Origin: an uncultured Pseudomonadota bacterium
GTDB taxonomy: Bacteria > Pseudomonadota > Alphaproteobacteria > Acetobacterales > Acetobacteraceae
Direction: 5' to 3'
Length of the DNA: 64,000 nt
Assembly (NCBI GenBank): GCA_963732775.1
Contig: CAVTAR010000001.1
Coordinates: 627,519 to 691,518, forward strand
Shown here: piece by piece, positions 47,555 through 57,242 of the stretch
Layout: each line of letters starts with the position of its first letter
Position numbering within the stretch: the first letter of the stretch is position 1
Translations under genes and position numbers: made by a program
Notes under the pieces: model-generated
Databases searched by the model: none
Told to the model about the DNA's origin: nothing
The model's input: the letters and a program-made list of their open reading frames with translations, nothing else

Positions 47555-48286
47555 CTAGCGCGAGGCCTCGCGTACCCGCTGCTCGGCCAGTCCGCGCCAT
47601 GGCGCGTCCGGGGGCGCGGAATCGAGGGCGCGGCGGAACAGCTCGGCGCTGTCCATGCTGACATGCCCGCCGGCCACCTGGGTCTGCGCCTCGGCGGCCA
47701 GCGCCGCGAGCCCCGGCTCGAAGCGCAGCCGCACCGCCGCGCGCCAGGCATCGGCGGCCTCCGGCAGGTGGCCCAGCGTCTCCTCGGAGTTGCCCAGCAG
47801 CACGTAGCCCTGGCGCTGCCGCTCCGGGTCCAGGCCCGGCGTGCGCAGGCGGGCGCGCAGCTCGGCCACCAGCGCGTCCTCCTTGGCCGACTGCGCAAGG
47901 CGGGCCGACAGCGGTGCCGCCGGCAGGTCGGGACGGCCGTGCACCAGGTAGAGCCCGGCCGCCGCCAGCGGCACCGCCACCATGCCGGCCAGCACCGGCC
48001 ACCGCCCATCCCGCCGTCGCCCGCCGCCCTGCTGCTCGCCCTGCTGCGCCTCCGGCGGCAGCGCGTCGGCGGCGAGCAGGCGGCGCTGCACCTCCAGCAT
48101 CGCGGCGGCGTGCTCGGTCGCCGCGATCCGCCCCTCGGCGAGGTCGCGGTCGATCTCCGCCAGCTGCGCGCGATGCGAGGCGAGCGCCGCCTCGCGCCGG
48201 TCGCGCGTCGCCCGGCCCCGGAACAGGGTCGCCAGCAGCGGCGCCAGGGCGAGCGCCGCGAGCGCCGCGAGGGCCAGCCAGGTCAT
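47555..48286 (-). CDS. ccmI: c-type cytochrome biogenesis protein CcmI (CycH)
   Basis: Start MTWLALAALAALALAPLLATLF overlaps the ccmH stop. TM segments plus a TPR-like C-terminus. Position after ccmH. Confidence 0.8.
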   Translation of the reverse strand: MTWLALAALAALALAPLLATLFRGRATRDRREAALASHRAQLAEIDRDLAEGRIAATEHAAAMLEVQRRLLAADALPPEAQQGEQQGGGRRRDGRWPVLAGMVAVPLAAAGLYLVHGRPDLPAAPLSARLAQSAKEDALVAELRARLRTPGLDPERQRQGYVLLGNSEETLGHLPEAADAWRAAVRLRFEPGLAALAAEAQTQVAGGHVSMDSAELFRRALDSAPPDAPWRGLAEQRVREASR

Positions 48287-48729
48287 GGGTGCAGCAGCTG
48301 CTCCAGCCGGTCGCGCTCGCCCGGGTCGAGCGGCGGCGGCGGCTCGCGTCGCCGGCGTGTCAGCAGCACCGCGCCGCCGCCGGCCAGCAGCGCCAGCACC
48401 GGCGAGCCCCACAGCAGGATTGTCGCCGCGTTGAGCGGTGGGCTGAGGCGCACGAAATTGCCGTAGCGGGCCACCAGCCAGTCGGTGATGGCGAGGTCGC
48501 TGTCGCCGGCGGCCACGCGCTGGCGCACGATCTGGCGCAGGTCGCGGGCGAGGTCGGCGCCGCTGTCCTCGATGCTCTCGTTCTGGCACACGAGGCAGCG
48601 GAGCTGCCGCCCGATCGCCACCGCCCGCGCCTCGGCCGCCGGGTCGCGCAACGCCTCCGACGGGTCCGCGATCGCCCAGGCGGGCGTGGCGGCCCAGGTC
48701 AGGAGCATGGCCAGCACGAGGGCCTTCAT
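48283..48729 (-). CDS. ccmH: Cytochrome c-type biogenesis protein CcmH (CycL)
   Basis: Signal MKALVLAMLLTWAATPAWA and the LRCLVCQNESI motif. Confidence 0.9.
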   Translation of the reverse strand: MKALVLAMLLTWAATPAWAIADPSEALRDPAAEARAVAIGRQLRCLVCQNESIEDSGADLARDLRQIVRQRVAAGDSDLAITDWLVARYGNFVRLSPPLNAATILLWGSPVLALLAGGGAVLLTRRRREPPPPLDPGERDRLEQLLHP

Positions 48730-49256
48730 GTCGTGCGCTGCAGCAGCGGCAGCAGCGCCCGCTCGGCCACCTCGGGCGTGATCGGCCCGACATAGCGCCA
48801 GCGCACCACGCCGGCGCCGTCGATGAGGTAGGTCTCGGGCACGCCGGTGATGCCCCAGTCGATGCCGACCCGGCCGGGCAGGTCGGGGGCCATCCGCGCA
48901 TACGGGTCGCCGTTGCGGGCGAGGAACGCCTGCGTGGCGTCGGGCTTGTCCTTGTAGGCGATGCCGATGAGCTTCACGCCGGCCTCGCGCAGCTGCATCA
49001 GCACCGGCGCCTCCTCCAGGCACGGCACGCACCAGCTGGCGAAGAAGTTCACCACCACCGGGTGGCCCGCGGCCAGGTCGCGGTCGGCGAGGCCCGGGAG
49101 CTGGAACGGCGGCACGCGCTTGTCGATCAGCTGAGACGGCACGCCGCGCGGGTCGAACTTGCCCGTCTGCATGCCGCGCAGCATGGCGAAGAAGCCGCCG
49201 AAGGCCAGCACCGTGGCCCCGAGCGGGACCAGCAGCAAGCTGCGGCGGGCAATCAT
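48726..49256 (-). CDS. ccmG: Thiol:disulfide oxidoreductase CcmG/DsbE
   Basis: Start MIARRSLLLVPLG. Thioredoxin motif FFASWCVPCLEE and GVPETYLID. Confidence 0.9.
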   Translation of the reverse strand: MIARRSLLLVPLGATVLAFGGFFAMLRGMQTGKFDPRGVPSQLIDKRVPPFQLPGLADRDLAAGHPVVVNFFASWCVPCLEEAPVLMQLREAGVKLIGIAYKDKPDATQAFLARNGDPYARMAPDLPGRVGIDWGITGVPETYLIDGAGVVRWRYVGPITPEVAERALLPLLQRTT

Positions 49257-51233
49257 TCGGCCGGCACGGCGGGCACCGGCGTCGCGCGCCGGGCCGGGGC
49301 GCCGACCCGCAGCCGGCGGTCCGACAGCGAGGTCAGCCCGCCCGCCGCCATCACCAGTGCGCCCAGCCAGATCCACGGCGCGAACGGGTTGACGTGCAGC
49401 CGCAGCACGGCGCCGCCGTCGCGCTCGTCGCCGACCACGGTATAGAGGTCGCGGAACAAATTGGTGCTGATCTTGGCCTCGGTGGTCGTCACCTGCTGCA
49501 CCGGGAAGCTCCGCCGCTCCGGCGCCAGCGTCACCACCGGATGGCCGTGGTGGCTGATGGCGATGGTGGCCACGCGTGCGGCGTAGTTCGGGCCGGGTGC
49601 GTCGTGCAGGTCGAGCAGCCGGAAATCGTAGCCGGCGAGGTGCGTGCTCTCGCCCGGGCTGCAGCAGCACGATGCGCTCGCTGGCCAGCGACATCCCCGC
49701 GATACCGGCGATGGTGACGCCCAGGCCCGCATGCGCGATCGCCGCCCCGAACGAGCCGCGCCGCAAGCCGCCGAGCCGGGCGAGGCTGGTCCGCAGCGGC
49801 GCCCGCGCGAACTGCACGCGCCCCAGGATATCCGCGAGCGCGCCCAGGATCAGCCAGGCGGAGAAGCCGAACGCCAGCGCCGGCAGCGCCTTGGCCCGCA
49901 GCGCCGCGAACAGCCCGATGGCGAGCGCCGCCAGCGCCGCCCACCACAGCCGGGACAGCGCCGGCCACAGCGAGGCGCGCTTCCAGGCGAGCGCCGGGCC
50001 GATCGACATGAAGAGGAACACCGGCACGGCGAGCGGCAGCACCGTCGCATTGAAGAACGGCGCGCCGACCGAGAATTTCTGCCCCAGCAGCAGGTCGGCG
50101 AACAGCGGGAAGGTCGTGCCGGTCATCACCACCGCGGCGATCGAGCACAGCAGAATGTTGTTCAGCACGATCCCGCCCTCGCGCGAGATCGGCGCGAAGA
50201 TGCCCGAGGCGGACAGCGCCGGCGCCCGCAGCGCGAACAGCAGCAGCGAGCCGCCGATCACCAGCGCCAGCAGCCCCAGGATGAACACGCCGCGCGCCGG
50301 GTCCTGCGCGAAGGAGTGGACCGAGTTGAGGATGCCCGAGCGCACCAGGAAGGTGCCGGACAGGCTGAGCGAGAAGGTGCCGATGGCCAGCAGCACGGTC
50401 CACACCTTCAGCGCCTCGCGCTTCTCCACCACGAGCGCGGAGTGCAGCAGCGCCGTCCCGGTCAGCCACGGCAGCAGCGAGGCGTTCTCCACCGGGTCCC
50501 AGAACCAGAACCCGCCCCAGCCGAGTTCGTAGTAGGCCCACCACGAGCCGAGCGCGATGCCGCCGGTCAGGCAGCACCAGGCCGCCAGCGTCCACGGCCG
50601 CACCCAGCGGCCCCAGGCGGCGTCCACCCGGCCCTCGATCAGTGCGGCGACGGCGAACGCGAACGGGATCGCCATGCCGACGTAGCCGACATAGAGAATG
50701 GGCGGGTGGAAGGCGAGGCCGGGGTCCTGCAGCAGCGGGTTCATGTCCCGCCCCTCCTCGGGCGCGGGCCACAGCCGCAGGAACGGGTTGCTCTCCAGCA
50801 GCGCGAACAGCTGGAAGCCGCAGGACGACAGGCCCAGCACCCCCAGCACGCGCGCCCGCAGCGCCGAGGGCAGGCGGCTGCCGAAGATCGCGACCGCGGC
50901 ACCGCAGCACGACAGGATCAGGCACCACAGCAGGATGCTGCCCTCGTGGTCGCCCCAGGCGCCGGTGATCTTGTACAGAAGCGGCTTCAGCGTGTGGCTG
51001 TTCTCGGCGATGTTCTTCACCGAGAAATCGTCGGTGACCGCGCTGACCACGAGACACAGGAAGGCGGCCGACAGCGCGATCCACTGGCCGATGGCGATCG
51101 CCGGGGCGGCGGCGATCAGGCGGGCATCGCGGCGGTGCGCCCCCCAGAGCGGCAGCACCGCCTGGGCGAAGCCGAACGCGACGGCGAGCGCCAGCGCGAA
51201 ATGCCCGAGTTCCGGGATCGATGGCTCGCTCAT
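49253..51233 (-). pseudogene. ccmF: Cytochrome c heme lyase subunit CcmF with one apparent 1-nt insertion near codon 525
   Basis: MSEPSIPELGHF ... WGGFWFWDPVEN (WWD motif) ... SERIVLLQPG in one frame. ESTHLAGYDFRLLDLH ... to the stop continues in another. The break is at the CCCGGG run 49653-49658. Confidence 0.85.
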
Positions 51234-51727
51234 GTGCCGCTGGCCTTCGCGATGGTGTTCAGGCTCGCGGCCGGCGGCGGCGCGCCTGTGGACGGGTTCC
51301 AGTGGCCGGACTTCTTCAGCGCGTCGGCCACTTCCTTGGGCATGTAGGTCTCGTCGTGCTTGGCCAGCACCTCCTGCGCCTCGAACCGGCCGCCGGGGGC
51401 GATGCTGCCGAGGGCGACGATGCCCTGCCCCTCGCGGAACAGGTCGGGCAGGATGCCGGTGTAGTCCACCACCACGCTGCCGGCGCCGTCGGTGACGGTG
51501 AAGTGGGCCGACGGCGCGCCGTCGCGCTCGCTGCGCACCAGGCTGCCGGCCTGCACCAGCCCGCCCAGGCGGAAGGTGCGGCCGGGCACGGCTTTCGTGG
51601 CGACCTCGGAGGGGGCGAGGAAGAACGCCATGCTGTCGCCCATCGCCGAGAGCGACAGCGCCGCCGCGCCGCCGAGCGCGACGCCGCAGGCCAGCAGCAC
51701 CACCATGCGCCGGTGCTTGCGCGTCAT
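51230..51727 (-). CDS. ccmE: Cytochrome c maturation heme chaperone CcmE
   Basis: MTRKHRRMVVLLACGVALGG anchor, FRLGGLV OB-fold, LAKHDETYMP heme-binding His region. Confidence 0.92.
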   Translation of the reverse strand: MTRKHRRMVVLLACGVALGGAAALSLSAMGDSMAFFLAPSEVATKAVPGRTFRLGGLVQAGSLVRSERDGAPSAHFTVTDGAGSVVVDYTGILPDLFREGQGIVALGSIAPGGRFEAQEVLAKHDETYMPKEVADALKKSGHWNPSTGAPPPAASLNTIAKASGT

Positions 51728-51915
51728 GCCGCCTCGCGGCCCGCGCCCGGATCGCGGTCGTATGGGCCGCCGGCGATCGCACCGCCGGCGCGCGGGTCGA
51801 CGGCCAGCAGCCGGCGGCGCGCCTGCGCGGTCCGCAGCGCCGCGCCCAGGCTCAGCCAGAGGATGACGGCGCCGGCCAGCAGGTAGGCGGCGACGATGTA
51901 GGGCAGGTGGTTCAT
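51724..51915 (-). CDS. ccmD: Heme exporter protein CcmD
   Basis: 63 aa: MNHLPYIVAAYLLAGAVILWLSL. Located between ccmC and ccmE, with overlapping start and stop. Confidence 0.8.
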   Translation of the reverse strand: MNHLPYIVAAYLLAGAVILWLSLGAALRTAQARRRLLAVDPRAGGAIAGGPYDRDPGAGREAA

Positions 51916-52742
51916 GCGCTCTGGTGGGCGCGGGCCAGCAGCAGGGAGCGCACCCGCCGCTCCATGATCGCCGCCCGGGTGCGTGCCACGACGATCGCCA
52001 CGAAGCCGACCGTGAACCCGAGCGCCGAAAGCAGCAATGGCCACAGCATCGAGGCCGACATGGTCGGCGCGCCGGTCAGGGTGATGCTGGCCGGCTGGTG
52101 CAGCGTGTTCCACCACTCCACCGAGAACTTGATGATCGGCAGGTTCACCACGCCGACCAGCGCCAGGATCGCCCCGGCCCGCGCGCCGCGCTGCGGGTCG
52201 TCGAAGGCGCGCACCAGGGCGACGTGGCCAAGATAAAGAAAGAACAGCACCAGCACCGAGGTCAGCCGTGCGTCCCACACCCACCAGGTGCCCCAGGTCG
52301 GCTTGCCCCACAGGCTGCCGGTCGCCAGGCACAGCGCCGTCACCGCGGCACCCACCGGCGAGATCTCGGCGGCGGCGAGGTCGGCCAGCGGGTGCCGCCA
52401 GACCAGCGAGGCGACGGAACACGCCGCCAGCGCCGCGTAGCCGGCCGAGGCGAGCCAGGCCGAGGGGACATGGACATACATGATCCGCACCGCGTCGCCC
52501 TGCTGCCAGTCGGCCGGGGCGAACGCGAGGCCCCAGACCAGTCCGACGGCGGTCAGCAGCCCGGCGACGATGGCGAGCGGCGGCAGCACCCGGCCCGAGA
52601 TGCGCAGGAAGCGCCCCGGGTTGGCGAAGCGGTGCAGGCTGCGGCCGCCGGGTGTGCCGATGCCGGTGCCGATGCCGGTGCCGATGCCGGTCACGCTGGC
52701 GGGCGGCGGGGCCAGGGCGTTGCTGGCGGGGCTGGCGTCCAT
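51912..52742 (-). CDS. ccmC: Heme exporter protein CcmC
   Basis: WGKPTWGTWWVWDARL (WWD motif), 6 TM. N-terminal (GIGT)x3 tandem repeat. Confidence 0.92.
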   Translation of the reverse strand: MDASPASNALAPPPASVTGIGTGIGTGIGTPGGRSLHRFANPGRFLRISGRVLPPLAIVAGLLTAVGLVWGLAFAPADWQQGDAVRIMYVHVPSAWLASAGYAALAACSVASLVWRHPLADLAAAEISPVGAAVTALCLATGSLWGKPTWGTWWVWDARLTSVLVLFFLYLGHVALVRAFDDPQRGARAGAILALVGVVNLPIIKFSVEWWNTLHQPASITLTGAPTMSASMLWPLLLSALGFTVGFVAIVVARTRAAIMERRVRSLLLARAHQSA

Positions 52743-52829
52743 GCCGGGATACTAGGGGCGGCCCGCCCAAGTTGGAAGCAGCCCGCCTCTCGCCTACGCT
52801 GCCCCGCGACGCCCGATGGAGAGGATTTC

Positions 52830-53123
52830 ATGCTGTTCGCCCTGATCTGCACCGACCGTCCCGGCGCGCTGGAGCGGCGGCTCGCCCAACGGCCGGCCCA
52901 CCTCGCGCACCTGGAGCGGCACGTGGCGCAGCTGGTCGAGGCCGGCCCGCTGCTCGACCCGCAGGGCAACCCGTGCGGCTCGCTGTTCGTGCTCGACATG
53001 GCCGACCGGGCGGCGGCCGAGGCGTTCGCCGCCGCCGACCCCTACGCGGCGGCCGGCGTGTTCGAGAGCGCGGTCATCCGGCCGTTCCGCGCGGTCTACA
53101 AGGACGGCGCCAAGGCAGCATGA
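52830..53123 (+). CDS. YciI family protein
   Basis: ATG at 52830 with RBS GGAGAGGA. 97 aa: MLFALICTDRPG ... RPAHLAHL ... ADPYAAAGVFE. Confidence 0.85.
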   Translation: MLFALICTDRPGALERRLAQRPAHLAHLERHVAQLVEAGPLLDPQGNPCGSLFVLDMADRAAAEAFAAADPYAAAGVFESAVIRPFRAVYKDGAKAA

Positions 53124-53551
53124 CCGCCTACTGGCTGGTGAAGTCCGAGCCCGACGGGTTCTCCTGGGCACAGCAGGTGGCGCACGGCACCGAGCCGTGG
53201 ACCGGCGTGCGCAGCCACGCGGCGGCCAACAACCTGCGCGCGATGCGCCAGGGCGACCGCGCGTTCTTCTACCACTCCAACGTCGGCAAGGAGGTGGTGG
53301 GCGTCGTCGAGGTGGTCCGCGAGGCCTATCCCGACAGCACGGCCGAGCAGGGCGACTGGGTCTGCGTCGACATGCGCGCGGTGGCCCCCATGCCGCGCCC
53401 GGTGACGCTGGCCGCGATGAAGGCCGATCCGGCGCTCGCGGGCCTCGAGCTGCTGCGGCTGTCGCGCCTGTCGGTGGTGCCGGTCTCGGCAGAGCACTGG
53501 CGCCACATCTGCCGGCTCGGCGGCTACAAGGCGCCCCGCAAGGCCGGCTAG
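53120..53551 (+). CDS. EVE (PUA-like) domain-containing protein
   Basis: ATGA overlap with yciI. MTAYWLVKSEPDGFSW ... GVRSHAAANNLRAMRQGDRAFFYHSN. Confidence 0.85.
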   Translation: MTAYWLVKSEPDGFSWAQQVAHGTEPWTGVRSHAAANNLRAMRQGDRAFFYHSNVGKEVVGVVEVVREAYPDSTAEQGDWVCVDMRAVAPMPRPVTLAAMKADPALAGLELLRLSRLSVVPVSAEHWRHICRLGGYKAPRKAG

Positions 53552-53769
53552 CGAGCCGGCGAGCGGCGGGCCGACCGCCTCGACCTCCACCACAGGCTCC
53601 TCGCCGCAGACATGCGCGTGCTGGAGCGGAACCGGCGTGGCATTGCCGTGGTACCTGCCGCCGCCGGCGGGCCTGGTCGGCTTCCTCGCCTCCGACCGGG
53701 CGCGCTATACCGACGCTCGAGCCATCTCGATCAACGGCGGCATGGCTCGAGCGGGCGGAGGAGGGGCGG

Positions 53770-54846
53770 ATGACGCAGGAGCGGATCACGGGCGCGTCCA
53801 GGGATTACCGCCTGACCGGGCCGGAGAGTGCCAGGGCGCAGGCGCGCGGCCTGGCTTCGGCCCGCTGGTACGCGACGCCGATCCCGCGCGCGCAGATGAA
53901 GGCGCTGATGCGGCGCGACGACCAGCCGGCGATCCGCGACACGCTGGTGTGGTTCGCGAGCATCCTGGCCACCGGCGGCCTCGGCGTGGCGCTGTGGGGC
54001 AGCTGGTGGGCGGTCCCGGCGTTCGCGGCCTACGGCGTGCTGACCTGCTCGGCCTCGGACTCGCGCTGGCACGAATGCGGCCACGGCACGGCGTTCAGGA
54101 CGCGCTGGATGAACGACGCGCTGTACCAGCTCGCCTGCTTCTGGGTGCTGCGCCAGCCGACCGTCTGGCGCTGGAGCCACGCGCGCCACCACACCGACAC
54201 CATCATCGTCGGCCGCGACCCCGAGATCGGCGTGCCGCGCCCGCCGGGCTTCGTCGCGATCCTGCTGAACGTGTTAGCGATCCGCAGCGGCCTGCGCGAG
54301 TGGCGCTCGCTGCTGCTGCACGCGACCGGGCGGCTGACCCCGGAGGAGTGCCAGTTCGTGCCCGCGTCGGAACAGCCGCGCGTGGTCGTGGAGGCGCGGG
54401 TGTGGCTCGCCGTCTACGCCGCCGTCCTGGCCGTGTCGCTCGCCACCTGGAGCCTGCTGCCGCTGGTGCTGGTCGGGCTGAACTCGTTCTATGGCGCGTG
54501 GATGTTCCTGATGTTCGGGCTGACGCAGCACGCGGGGCTCGCCGAGGACGTGCTCGACCACCGTCTGAACGCGCGCACCATCCACATGAACCCGCTGTTC
54601 CGCTTCATCTACTGGAACATGAACTACCACGTCGAACACCACATGTTCCCGATGGTGCCGTACCACGCGCTGCCGCGGCTGCACGAGGCGGTTAAGCACG
54701 ACACGCCGCCGCCGTATCGCGGCGTGCTGGCCGCCTATCGCGAGATCATCCCGGCACTGCTGCGCCAGCGGCGCGACCCGACCTATTTCGTCCGCCGCGC
54801 GCTGCCGGCGGGCGCGCCGCAGCCGCTCGCGGTGGCGGCCGAGTAG
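53770..54846 (+). CDS. Fatty-acid-desaturase-family membrane di-iron oxygenase (MocD-like)
   Basis: Three His boxes: HECGHG, HARHH, HVEHH. 358 aa. Followed directly by a Rieske ferredoxin and a reductase. Confidence 0.85.
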   Translation: MTQERITGASRDYRLTGPESARAQARGLASARWYATPIPRAQMKALMRRDDQPAIRDTLVWFASILATGGLGVALWGSWWAVPAFAAYGVLTCSASDSRWHECGHGTAFRTRWMNDALYQLACFWVLRQPTVWRWSHARHHTDTIIVGRDPEIGVPRPPGFVAILLNVLAIRSGLREWRSLLLHATGRLTPEECQFVPASEQPRVVVEARVWLAVYAAVLAVSLATWSLLPLVLVGLNSFYGAWMFLMFGLTQHAGLAEDVLDHRLNARTIHMNPLFRFIYWNMNYHVEHHMFPMVPYHALPRLHEAVKHDTPPPYRGVLAAYREIIPALLRQRRDPTYFVRRALPAGAPQPLAVAAE

Positions 54847-55182
54847 ATGGCCGCCGAGTGGATGGGGGGCGAGACCTGGGTGCAGGCGTGCCGCACCGAT
54901 GACGTGGCGCCGGAGGACGTGATCCGCTTCGACCACGCCGGGCGCACCTTCGCCATCTATCGTGCCGAGGACGATGCGTGGTTCGCGACCGACGGGCTCT
55001 GCACCCACGAGCAGGTGCATCTCGCCGACGGGATGGTGGTGGGCCACCTGATCGAGTGCCCGAAGCACAACGGCCGGTTCGACATCCGCACCGGCGAGGC
55101 CCAGGGCGCTCCGGTCTGCGTGAACCTGCGCACCCACCCGGTCCGCGTCGAGGGCGATGCCGTCCTGCTGCGGACCGGCTGA
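54847..55182 (+). CDS. Rieske-type 2Fe-2S ferredoxin (MocE-like)
   Basis: CTHEQ(x)H ... CPKHNGRF Rieske ligands. 111 aa. Starts one base after the desaturase stop. Confidence 0.88.
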   Translation: MAAEWMGGETWVQACRTDDVAPEDVIRFDHAGRTFAIYRAEDDAWFATDGLCTHEQVHLADGMVVGHLIECPKHNGRFDIRTGEAQGAPVCVNLRTHPVRVEGDAVLLRTG

Positions 55183-55186
55183 GCGC

Positions 55187-56410
55187 ATGGCGGGCATGGT
55201 GATCGTCGGCGCGGGCGAGGCGGGCGCGCGCGCCGCGCTGGCGTTGCGCGCGCACGGCTGGGCCGGCGCGGTCACGCTGGTCGGCGACGAGGCGGTGCCG
55301 CCGTACGAGCGCCCGCCGCTGTCCAAGGCGGTGATGACCAGCGAGGCCGACCCGGTGGCCGCCGTCATCGCTACGCACGCGCGGCTCGCTCAGGCCGGCA
55401 TCGCCTTCCTGCACGACGTCCGCGCCGAGCGGATCGACCGCGCCCAGCGCACCGTGGTGCTGGCCGATGGCCGCGCGCTGCCCTACGGCAACCTGCTCCT
55501 GGCCACGGGTGCGGCACCCCGGCGCCTGACCGTCGAGGGCGCCGAGCACGCGCTCTACCTGCGCACCTTCGCCGACGCGCTGGCGCTGCGCGTGCGGCTG
55601 CGGCCGGGCGCGCGCCTCGTGGTGATCGGCGGCGGCTTCATCGGCCTCGAAGTCGCTGCCAGCGCCGTGGTGCGGCGTTGCCGGGTGACGGTGCTGGAAG
55701 CCGCGCCGCGCATCCTGATGCGCGGCGTGCCCACCGAGATCGCCGAGCTGGTGGCTGCCCGGCATCGCGAGGCGGGCGTGGATCTGCGCGTGGGCGTGGC
55801 GCTGCGCGCTATCCATCGCGAAGGTGCCGGCGTGATCGCGGTGCTGCACGACGGCAGCACGGTCTCGGCGGATGCGGTGGTGGCCGGCGTGGGTGCGGTG
55901 CCGGAGACCGCGCTTGCCGAGGCGTGCGGGCTGGCCATCGAGAACGGCGTGCGTGCCAACTCAGGGCTGCGCACCAGCGACCCCGACATCTTCACCGCCG
56001 GCGATTGCTGCTCGTTCCCGGCGCCGCTGTACGATGGCGCGCGGCTGCGGCTGGAGGCCTGGCGCAACGCCCAGTCGCAGGCGGCGCTGGCAGCGCGCAA
56101 CATGCTGGGCGAGGACCTCGTCTACGACGCGGTGCCCTGGTTCTGGTCCGACCAGTACGAGCAGACGCTGCAAGTGGCCGGCCTGCCCGCCTTCGCGGCG
56201 AGCGCGGTACGGCGCGACGTGGAGGGGGCGGGGCTGATGTTCTTCCACCTCGCCGCCGACGGCCGCGTGGTGGCGGCGAGCGGCGTCGGCACGGTGGCGC
56301 TGGCGCGCGAGATGAAGGCGGCCGAGCACATGGTGGCGCGCCGCATCCGGCCGGACCCGGCGGCGCTCGCCGCACCCTCGGTACGGCTGCGCTCGTTGCT
56401 GGCCGCCTGA
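55187..56410 (+). CDS. FAD-dependent ferredoxin reductase (MocF-like)
   Basis: MAGMVIVGAGEAGARAA, second Rossmann VVIGGGFIGLEVA, TAGDC motif. Confidence 0.88.
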   Translation: MAGMVIVGAGEAGARAALALRAHGWAGAVTLVGDEAVPPYERPPLSKAVMTSEADPVAAVIATHARLAQAGIAFLHDVRAERIDRAQRTVVLADGRALPYGNLLLATGAAPRRLTVEGAEHALYLRTFADALALRVRLRPGARLVVIGGGFIGLEVAASAVVRRCRVTVLEAAPRILMRGVPTEIAELVAARHREAGVDLRVGVALRAIHREGAGVIAVLHDGSTVSADAVVAGVGAVPETALAEACGLAIENGVRANSGLRTSDPDIFTAGDCCSFPAPLYDGARLRLEAWRNAQSQAALAARNMLGEDLVYDAVPWFWSDQYEQTLQVAGLPAFAASAVRRDVEGAGLMFFHLAADGRVVAASGVGTVALAREMKAAEHMVARRIRPDPAALAAPSVRLRSLLAA

Positions 56411-56416
56411 CCCGCC

Positions 56417-57226
56417 ATGCCAGCCGTCGACTTCGCGCTGAACCACATCGCCGCCCCCCGTCTCGACGTGGCGGCGTTCGCCGCGCTGGCGCGCTCGCTC
56501 GGCGTGACCGCCATCGAGGTCCGCAACGACCTGCCGGGCGTGGCGCTGCGCGACGGCACGCCGCCGGCCGTCGTTCGCGCTGCCGCCGCAGCCGCCGGGA
56601 TCGCGATCCTCAGCGTCAACGCGCTGCAACGCTTCGAGCAATGGACTGCCGAACGCGCCGGGCAGGCAATTGCGCTCGCCGATGCCGCCGCCGCCTGCGG
56701 GGCGCGCGCGCTGGTGCTCTGCCCGACCAACGACACGGCCGACGCGCGCTCCGCCGCGCGGCGGGCCGAGGACCTGCGCGCGGCGCTCCGGGCGCTGCGC
56801 CCGATCCTGGCCGGGCGCGGGCTGCTGGGCTTCGTGGAGCCGCTCGGCTTCGCGGAGTGCGCGCTGCGGCTGAAATCCGACGCGATCGCGGCGATCGACG
56901 ACGCGAGCGGGGGCGACGTGTTCCGGGTGCTGCACGACACGTTCCACCACTTCGTCGCCGGCGAGGCTGCGTCATTCCCGGAGCGCACCGGCCTCGTGCA
57001 CGTCTCCGGCGTGGAGGGCGACGTGGCACGCGAGCACATGCGCGATCCGCACCGCGTCCTGGTCGGCCCGGCGGACCGCACAGGCACTCTCGGCCAGATC
57101 GCTGCGCTGCGCGAAGGCGGCTACGCGGGCGCGTTCTCGTTCGAGCCGTTCTCGCCGGCGATTCACGCGCTGCGCGACCCGGCCGCGGCACTGCGCGCCA
57201 GCATGGCGCATGTTGCCGGCTCATAG
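56417..57226 (+). CDS. Xylose-isomerase-like TIM barrel protein (IolI/MocC-like inosose isomerase type)
   Basis: 269 aa. Sugar-phosphate isomerase/epimerase pattern (IEVRND ... FVEPLGF ... HDTFHH ... FEPF). Confidence 0.75.
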   Translation: MPAVDFALNHIAAPRLDVAAFAALARSLGVTAIEVRNDLPGVALRDGTPPAVVRAAAAAAGIAILSVNALQRFEQWTAERAGQAIALADAAAACGARALVLCPTNDTADARSAARRAEDLRAALRALRPILAGRGLLGFVEPLGFAECALRLKSDAIAAIDDASGGDVFRVLHDTFHHFVAGEAASFPERTGLVHVSGVEGDVAREHMRDPHRVLVGPADRTGTLGQIAALREGGYAGAFSFEPFSPAIHALRDPAAALRASMAHVAGS

Positions 57227-57242
57227 GGGCCGGAGCATAGGC

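Noticed and set aside
49640-49670. Programmed ribosomal frameshifting as the explanation for the ccmF break at CCCGGGC
   Set aside because: Restoring the protein needs a +1 shift, not -1. The run is not in the X-XXY-YYZ phase of the zero frame. There is no known precedent for ccmF. A homopolymer miscall or a true mutation is more parsimonious.
47555-52742. Absence of ccmA and ccmB from the ccm cluster as an anomaly
   Set aside because: ccm genes are commonly split over two or more loci in alphaproteobacteria, so ccmAB are probably elsewhere in the genome.
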